Origin: Ferroglobus placidus DSM 10642
GTDB taxonomy: Archaea > Halobacteriota > Archaeoglobi > Archaeoglobales > Archaeoglobaceae
Reading direction: 5' to 3'
Length of the DNA stretch: 32,000 bases
Assembly: GCF_000025505.1 (NCBI RefSeq)
Contig: NC_013849.1
Span: forward strand, 510,001 to 542,000
Made by a program: the position numbers and the translations under genes. Below are positions 26,814 through 32,000 of this stretch, one piece after another. Under the pieces are notes generated by a model that ran no database searches, was not told the DNA's origin, and saw only the letters and a program-made list of their open reading frames with translations. How positions within the stretch are numbered: position 1 is the stretch's first letter; every line of letters starts with the position of its first letter.

Positions 26814-27217
26814 GAGATACCAATGCATCCTTATGTTAAAATAATTTTGACCCAGTTGCTCTAAACGACCTGATCGGTAGGTTTCGAAGCCGACGATGTT
26901 CAAACCCCGCGAAGTATATCTTAAAGATCACGAGATTGATACTCAAAAATTGTGGACAAGTTCCCAATTCCACCTTGAGTTTTGCCATAGAATGACGTCA
27001 GCCAACGACGGGAATCTTCACGACGATCTCATCGTAGGGAACCGTGAGTTTTTTCCTCCTCTTTTTATCGTCTCTTTCTGGAAAGATTCATTTCCTATCA
27101 TCTGCAGCCTTCTTGACTCAAATTAAAGTCTTTCGTATTTCTCAACAAAGTTGGCTTTCTTTCTTCGTTCGAGAATACGTGATTTTGGCAGAATCAGGCT
27201 TAAAATCTGATTTTGAA

Positions 27218-27292
27218 TGGGCCCGGAGGGATTTGAACCCTCGACCGCCCGGTTATGAGCCGGGCGCTCTGACCTGGCTAAGCTACGGGCCC
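27218..27292 (-). tRNA. tRNA with CAT anticodon (elongator Met or Ile2; not initiator)
   Basis: The reverse complement folds as GGGCCCG TA GCTT AGCCAGGTCA GAGC G CCCGG CTCATAA CCGGG CGGTC GAGGG TTCAAAT CCCTC CGGGCCC A. The G1:C72 pair excludes the archaeal initiator, which has A1:U72. Confidence 0.93.
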
Positions 27293-27325
27293 TCAAATCA
27301 CTAAATCTTTACTTCCTCTAATTGT

Positions 27326-27333
27326 TTATAAGG
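27326..27333 (-). promoter_or_regulatory. TATA box (CCTTATAA on the minus strand) for tRNA-CAT
   Basis: It ends 33 nt upstream of the mature 5' end. The octamer and spacing match the tRNA-Ala promoter. Confidence 0.6.
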
Positions 27334-27384
27334 CTTATCGTTGTGACGGAAACTTTATTTTAAACACCGATCTTAACTTTTACG

Positions 27385-28302
27385 ATGGAATTCGACTTCC
27401 CACCCTTCAGACCTCCGAGCGAAGCGGGAAGTTATCTGATAAGGGTCGTTAGGGGATGCTACTGGAATAGGTGTGCGTTCTGCGGAATGTATAAAGACGT
27501 TAAGTTTTGCATCCGAAAAAAAGAGGAAATCTTGAGGGATATAGACAACCTGCCGAAGTACTTTCCACGATCTAAAACGGCTTTTTTGGCAGATTCCGAT
27601 CCCCTCGTACATAAGGATATAGTTGAGATTGTGAAGTACTTGAACGAAAAATACGAGCTCGAAAGAATAACGAGTTACACGAGGATAAAAACAATTTGCA
27701 GAATGCCCGAGGAAAAGCTGGAGGAGCTAAAAGAAGCTGGATTAAAAAGAATCCACGTAGGTCTTGAAAGCGGAGATAGAGAAGTTCTCGAACTCATACA
27801 AAAAGGAATAATTCCGGAAGAAGCTGTTAAGGCTGGAAGAAAGGCGAGAAAATATTTTGAAGTGACTTACTACGTCATAACTGGATTGGGGGGAGTTGAG
27901 AGGAGCGAAAAACACGCGAAGAATACTGCTAAAGTTATAAACGATGCGAAACCGACATTTGTTAGGGTGAGAAATCTAACAGTTCTACCAAACGCTCCGA
28001 TTTCGAAGATGATCGGCAAGGAAATAACTTTGCTAAACGCGAAGCAGCAGCTCGAAGAGCTTAGGTCGTTAATCGAAAACATAAATTCCGAAACTTACCT
28101 AACTTGCGACCACGTCTCGAACTACTTATTCTCAAAAAACGGTCCGATATTTTTCGGCGTTTCCGGCTTTCTGCCAGATGAAAAGGACGAGATGCTCGAA
28201 GAAATCGATTTGGCTATTAAAAACGTGGAACTGATGGAAAAAAGCGGGGAAAAAGTTCTGACGAGCAACGACATGTACAAGCTCGGTTTGATCACCTTGT
28301 AA
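27385..28302 (+). CDS. radical SAM protein with a CX4CX2C cluster motif
   Basis: 305 aa. FRPPSEAGSYLIRVVRGCYWNRCAFCGMY is followed by the TIM-barrel-type motif HVGLESGD. A TATA-like TTTATTTTAAA lies about 25 nt upstream of the ATG, suggesting a leaderless transcript. Confidence 0.75.
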   Translation: MEFDFPPFRPPSEAGSYLIRVVRGCYWNRCAFCGMYKDVKFCIRKKEEILRDIDNLPKYFPRSKTAFLADSDPLVHKDIVEIVKYLNEKYELERITSYTRIKTICRMPEEKLEELKEAGLKRIHVGLESGDREVLELIQKGIIPEEAVKAGRKARKYFEVTYYVITGLGGVERSEKHAKNTAKVINDAKPTFVRVRNLTVLPNAPISKMIGKEITLLNAKQQLEELRSLIENINSETYLTCDHVSNYLFSKNGPIFFGVSGFLPDEKDEMLEEIDLAIKNVELMEKSGEKVLTSNDMYKLGLITL

Positions 28303-29782
28303 TTTCGATCTGCTGGAGAATGTACTCTTCAACACTCTTGCTCACTCTATCGACAACCCAATCGATAAACTTCTTCATGAATATTTTACTCGCAAAAGGC
28401 AAACCCTCGAAGTAATCTTTAGCCAGCGGTTTTAACCATTTCATGTTGTGCCTCCAGCAAGTTAGCATTAGCTCCCAGTGGTAGCTTTTCATCTTACGAA
28501 CTGAAAACCTACTCTCTTCTCCAAGCTCGTTTGCTGGGACGAAGAAGAGCGGGACGATCAAGCTCTTGTATTCATTCAGATCTTCAACGAGCTCGATTGT
28601 CTTAATTATGTCTTCCTCCCTCTCATCCGGGAATCCGACTATTAATGTTGCGCAAGGCACCCAGTGAGCGTCGCTGCATATCTGGAAAGCCTGAATAACG
28701 ACATCTCTCCACTCGCTTGCCGAAAACGGCTTTGCTTTTCCGGGCATGTACTTCTCAATAAGTCTCGGGCTTCCGGTTTCAATTCCAGTTTGCCCAGCGA
28801 GCCATTTCTGCTCTTTATTCGGCAGCTCTAAGATTTCTGAGATCTCTTCTACAACATCCGGAGCGGAAGCGACGGAGGATAAAGCAAAGTGGCTTATTCC
28901 GACTTTCCCGACTATCCTGTGAACCTCTCTGAAGAGCCTTAAAACTTCCTCCTTGTTTATTGTGAAGCCCTTCGCTTTGTATCTGAGAACGTCCTCAGCA
29001 TGCAGCGTAACGATATCCTTGTCTCTCGCGGTTACTCTCGCCTCCTCCAAGATGTCTTCGAGCGGTCTCGATCTGAGTCTTCTCATTGTAGGTATGCAGA
29101 ACTTACATCCTCTTCCGCACCCTCTTGCGATCTCCACTATGCCACCGATTGCGGCTCTTCTTATCTTCGGAATTTCGTCTTCAGGCACAGCGACTCCGTA
29201 AACAACTTCCGGCACATCTTCTCCTTCGATAATCTTCCTGAAAAGCTCGGGAACGACTTTTTCTCCTTCCCCTATCACGACAACATCTATGCCGTACTTT
29301 CTTCTTATCCTCTCCTCTTCAAGCTGCCAGGCTCCAGCTCCTCCAACGACAACTTTTACGTCGAACCTTCTTAGCTTTCTCATCAGTTCTTCGAACTTCA
29401 CCCTGTTGTAGGAGGGTTGATTTACGAAGCCCGTTTCTCCGGAGAAAGTAGATGATGCCGGTCCAAGTCCGAGGGGATCGTTAGTTGTCACTCCTACGAT
29501 TTTCGTCTCTTTAGTAATGTGCTTCTCTATTTTGTCTGGATTTACCACTTTCACCTCATCCTCCGAAAATCCGTTCTCAAGTAGTGCCGCTTCGATCTTC
29601 CTCGTTCCGTAGGGGGCGAGCTTCGCTCTGCCATTTTCTTCTTTAACTGGAGGAGCGATGAGTCTGAAAAATAACCTCTGGGGGATCATGCTCGTTGGAC
29701 CAGTGCTCATGAAACCGAGGAATAGTGCTCCGTTGTAGTCGCTCATCAATGATCTTTCGGCGGTGAGAATAACCTTGGACAT
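28292..29782 (-). CDS. radical SAM protein with an N-terminal Rossmann/B12-binding-like domain
   Basis: 496 aa. VVVGGAGAW and VVVIGEGE sit in the N-terminal half. The canonical motif is IARGCGRGCKFCIPT (CX3CX2C). I see no SPASM-type C-terminal cysteine cluster. Confidence 0.75.
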   Translation of the reverse strand: MSKVILTAERSLMSDYNGALFLGFMSTGPTSMIPQRLFFRLIAPPVKEENGRAKLAPYGTRKIEAALLENGFSEDEVKVVNPDKIEKHITKETKIVGVTTNDPLGLGPASSTFSGETGFVNQPSYNRVKFEELMRKLRRFDVKVVVGGAGAWQLEEERIRRKYGIDVVVIGEGEKVVPELFRKIIEGEDVPEVVYGVAVPEDEIPKIRRAAIGGIVEIARGCGRGCKFCIPTMRRLRSRPLEDILEEARVTARDKDIVTLHAEDVLRYKAKGFTINKEEVLRLFREVHRIVGKVGISHFALSSVASAPDVVEEISEILELPNKEQKWLAGQTGIETGSPRLIEKYMPGKAKPFSASEWRDVVIQAFQICSDAHWVPCATLIVGFPDEREEDIIKTIELVEDLNEYKSLIVPLFFVPANELGEESRFSVRKMKSYHWELMLTCWRHNMKWLKPLAKDYFEGLPFASKIFMKKFIDWVVDRVSKSVEEYILQQIEITR

Positions 29783-29926
29783 GGTTATATTTTTGTAAGT
29801 TACTGAAGATAAACGTTTCCCGGAAAGAGTGTCGTTGCTAACTGAAATTTTCGCAGAAAAAAGTGTTCTTATGAGTGTTTATGGGTTTTAAGGATCGTTA
29901 AGCGGACAAAATTAATACGGAACACT

Positions 29927-30061
29927 TTACGACCTTTTTCTAATCTCAACTCTGCACACCACACAAAGTCCGTGGTGGAAGTGACACCTTTCGCAAATCT
30001 TCTTACTACATCTTCTGCAAACTCTTGTAGCAACTCTTTTTTTGCAAATCTGACAGATCAT
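29927..30061 (-). CDS. unannotated 44-aa protein with four CxxC pairs (zinc-ribbon/B-box-like)
   Basis: Hand translation gives [44 protein letters not shown]. Its ATG (30061-30059) overlaps the thi4 TGA (30060-30058). It is below the 60-aa cutoff of the ORF track. Confidence 0.6.
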   Translation of the reverse strand: MICQICKKRVATRVCRRCSKKICERCHFHHGLCVVCRVEIRKRS

Positions 30062-30831
30062 TTTTTGAGATCGAACATGATCTGCTCAGCCACCTTCCTT
30101 CCGCTCAGAAGCATCCCTCCGAAAATCGGTCCCATTCTCGGTAAGCCGTAGACTGCTGAAACAGCCATTCCCGCCACGTACAAACCATCCACGACTTTTC
30201 CCGTTTTTTCGACAACGAGCTTCTCAGAAAGCTCGCTGTAAGCTGATTTCTCTCCAGCCACGTATATCTCAAGCTCCGGGATTTTTCTCGCAGCGACGCT
30301 CACAACTTCGGCATCGTGTCCAGTGGCATCGACAACAGCCTTGCTCTCTATCATGAGCGGATCAACGTGAAGTCCGGCTATTTGCACCGCACTCCACTGG
30401 ACGAGAACTCCGGAAATTCTTAACGGCTCTGGGCGGTAGATTACGTCATCTACGGTAACTCCTAAAATTACTTTCGCTCCGCTGTCTATAGCTCCAGCAG
30501 AAAGCTTCGCAAGCATTTCAGCAGCGTCTATCACGTAAAGTCCATCTTCGACTTCCCTCGTTTTTATCCCGAACTCCTCTGCTATTTCCTTAGCTTCTTT
30601 CTCAACAACTATTTTGTGGAAGAGCATTCCTCCTCCGCCTATGCCTCCACCAAAGCTCAGCCTCCTTTCGAAGACGACGACGTCGAAGCCGAAGTCTGCT
30701 AAGTAATGAGCGGCAGTCAGTCCTGCGGGTCCGGCGCCGACTACGACTACGTCGGTCTCGCTTATCTCCTCCCACTCCTTCGCAGCCTCTCTTACGATCA
30801 CTCTCGTTATGTTTTTCTCGCTGAAGGGCAT
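30058..30831 (-). CDS. thi4: thiazole synthase Thi4 family (FAD/NAD-binding fold)
   Basis: 257 aa. Contains [18 protein letters not shown] and [11 protein letters not shown]. Confidence 0.88.
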   Translation of the reverse strand: MPFSEKNITRVIVREAAKEWEEISETDVVVVGAGPAGLTAAHYLADFGFDVVVFERRLSFGGGIGGGGMLFHKIVVEKEAKEIAEEFGIKTREVEDGLYVIDAAEMLAKLSAGAIDSGAKVILGVTVDDVIYRPEPLRISGVLVQWSAVQIAGLHVDPLMIESKAVVDATGHDAEVVSVAARKIPELEIYVAGEKSAYSELSEKLVVEKTGKVVDGLYVAGMAVSAVYGLPRMGPIFGGMLLSGRKVAEQIMFDLKK

Positions 30832-30840
30832 GTTGGGATT

Positions 30841-31434
30841 TTAGGAGATGAAGTATAAAACACTATTCGTTACGAAGTAAACTCCGAAAATTGCGAAAAT
30901 CGAAGCGGAAAAAATTTCGAGCTTCCTTTTCAGTCCAGCGTATTTGCTCAAGCGATGCGAAGCAAAAGAAACAAATCCGAGCCAACCGAAGTCGGCTGAT
31001 TCGTGAACGAGAACGAAAAGAACCAATCCGATCGACCCGAACTCGTAGGAGAGCGATATCAAAGAGAAACCTACCGTTAGCCACCACATTATGAAGTAAG
31101 GATTAAGGGCGGTGAGAATTATCCCGGTCATCGTACCCCTAACCTTTCTCTCGCTATCAGTTTTGCTCTTAAACTCTTCGTAGGAGAGGTATAACAGGAA
31201 AAGTCCTCCTACTAGAGCGATAACTGCTTTTAAGTTCTCCGTTACGTGGAAACCTGCGAAATAGAGGGAAATTATTAGAGGTATTTCCACGATCGCGTGC
31301 CCAGCCGAGATTTTAAATCCAGAAAACGGATTCTTCAATCCCTCTGATAGCGTTGCGGCAAACAGCGGACCGGGAGAGAGAACGCCGCTCAAGGATATCG
31401 TGAATACCATCGCCAAGTATAGGGGAAAATCCAT
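30841..31434 (-). CDS. LysE/RhtB-family amino-acid exporter
   Basis: 197 aa with about 6 hydrophobic helices. The N-terminal SPGPLFAATL motif is typical of LysE translocators. Confidence 0.75.
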   Translation of the reverse strand: MDFPLYLAMVFTISLSGVLSPGPLFAATLSEGLKNPFSGFKISAGHAIVEIPLIISLYFAGFHVTENLKAVIALVGGLFLLYLSYEEFKSKTDSERKVRGTMTGIILTALNPYFIMWWLTVGFSLISLSYEFGSIGLVLFVLVHESADFGWLGFVSFASHRLSKYAGLKRKLEIFSASIFAIFGVYFVTNSVLYFIS

Positions 31435-31451
31435 GAAATGTTGGGAAAGCT

Positions 31452-31465
31452 AAAACTTTAAAATC
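31452..31465. promoter_or_regulatory. shared A/T-rich TATA element between divergent, apparently leaderless genes
   Basis: AAAACTTTAAAATCG is centred about 24 nt from the ATG at 31434 (minus) and about 27 nt from the ATG at 31485 (plus). Confidence 0.4.
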
Positions 31466-31484
31466 GTTTTCTTAACAATTCTTC

Positions 31485-31691
31485 ATGGACAGTCTGTTTA
31501 AAAAGAAGCTGGACAGACTTGTGGAAATAATTGAGGAGGACGACTTGCCATTCAAATCGAAGGATTTCAAGCTCGGCTTGCTTTACGGCTACTACTGGGC
31601 GTTCATAGAGCTATTCTTCTCGAGAAAGCCAAACGAGGAGGAGAAGAGGGATTTTGTGAAGTACATCGAAAATCTGAAGTTTAAAGCCTGA
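31485..31691 (+). CDS. hypothetical 68-aa protein
   Basis: An intact ORF with a TATA-like element at the right distance. I do not recognise a family. Confidence 0.4.
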   Translation: MDSLFKKKLDRLVEIIEEDDLPFKSKDFKLGLLYGYYWAFIELFFSRKPNEEEKRDFVKYIENLKFKA

Positions 31692-31694
31692 TTT

Positions 31695-32000
31695 CTAATT
31701 TTTAGCTTCGTCGAAGCTGTTAATTTGGTCACTTTCCTCTTCGATAAAGATTTTGTCAGCCTCGTCGTACTTTGTCGACATGAGCTTTCTTATTCTTTCC
31801 GCCGTTTTTCTTCCCACGTTTTTTACTTTCATCAACTCTTCGACGCTCGCCGTCGCTATTCTCTCTATCGTCTGAAATTCTTTGAGCAGATTCTTCGCTA
31901 TAACCGGTCCTACGTTTGAGATCGCTGAAACTATGTACTCCATCTCGTCTTTGAGCGTTCTCTTGCTCTTCCCGGAATGTAAAGCTACCGGTCTTTCCCT
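31695..32000 (-). CDS. XPF/Hef-type (ERCC4) nuclease, C-terminal (HhH)2 domain only (gene runs off the right edge)
   Basis: The frame stays open upstream of the track's ATG to the window edge (RERPVALHSGKSKRTLKDEMEYIV...). ISNVGPVIAKNLLKEFQTIERIATASVEELMKVKNVGRKTAERI is a tandem helix-hairpin-helix. Confidence 0.7.
   Translation of the reverse strand, partial: RERPVALHSGKSKRTLKDEMEYIVSAISNVGPVIAKNLLKEFQTIERIATASVEELMKVKNVGRKTAERIRKLMSTKYDEADKIFIEEESDQINSFDEAKN

Noticed and set aside
26990-27046. Box C/D sRNA candidates in the tRNA-downstream gap (plus strand AATGACG...GTGA; minus strand ACGATGA...CTGA)
   Set aside because: The boxes deviate from RUGAUGA/CUGA. There are no acceptable internal D'/C' boxes. 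Guide spacings are wrong (27 nt in total or 17 nt, instead of about 12). No terminal stem can form.
26896-27126. 76-aa plus-strand ORF in the intergenic gap
   Set aside because: It has no TATA or SD at a sensible distance and no recognisable motifs. A T6 terminator-like run interrupts it mid-ORF. It is kept only as part of the 'unexplained gap' finding.
27218-27292. Integrated element or att site at the tRNA genes
   Set aside because: I found no second copy of either tRNA 3' half elsewhere in the window, and no integrase, viral or plasmid genes. Flanking genes are ordinary housekeeping genes.
27044-27304. 86-aa plus-strand ORF
   Set aside because: Its C-terminal half is simply the antisense translation of the tRNA-CAT gene.
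1-32000. CRISPR arrays, IS elements and rRNA genes
   Set aside because: Reading both strands showed no regularly spaced direct repeats, no transposase-like ORFs or terminal inverted repeats, and no rRNA-like GC-rich segments.

Overview
The window reads as a tightly packed chromosomal segment from a hyperthermophilic euryarchaeon, probably Archaeoglobales-like. That placement is an inference from gene content: fwdDBAC plus mch C1 genes, PAN, aMBF1, the archaeal L7Ae-S28e-L24e-Ndk-aIF5B-S6e superoperon, TATA-type promoters about 25-30 nt upstream of many start codons, and K/E/I-rich proteins. I can support about 42 protein genes and 2 tRNAs. There is no CRISPR array, rRNA or recognisable mobile element. 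Most of the content is housekeeping: amino-acid metabolism, the formylmethanofuran/H4MPT pathway, translation and proteasome regulation.

The items most worth a second look are:
1. A HerA/FtsK-type ATPase whose lysine-rich tail ends in a MinD-like amphipathic membrane-targeting sequence. It abuts a UPF0212 gene and has no NurA/Mre11/Rad50 nearby.
2. An unannotated 44-aa ORF with eight cysteines, joined to thi4 by an ATGA overlap and sitting directly upstream of two convergent radical SAM genes. One of these has a CX4CX2C cluster motif.
3. A LUD-domain ORF with no ATG/GTG/TTG start, whose only plausible start (CTG) overlaps the PAN stop codon.
4. A K-loop-like GAUGA-AC-GAUGA hairpin in the leader of the L7Ae gene.
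5. A TIGR03916-like DNA repair/modification radical SAM gene with an HhH motif, placed at the tail of the translation operon.

All family assignments come from motif recognition by eye and from memory. No database search was run.
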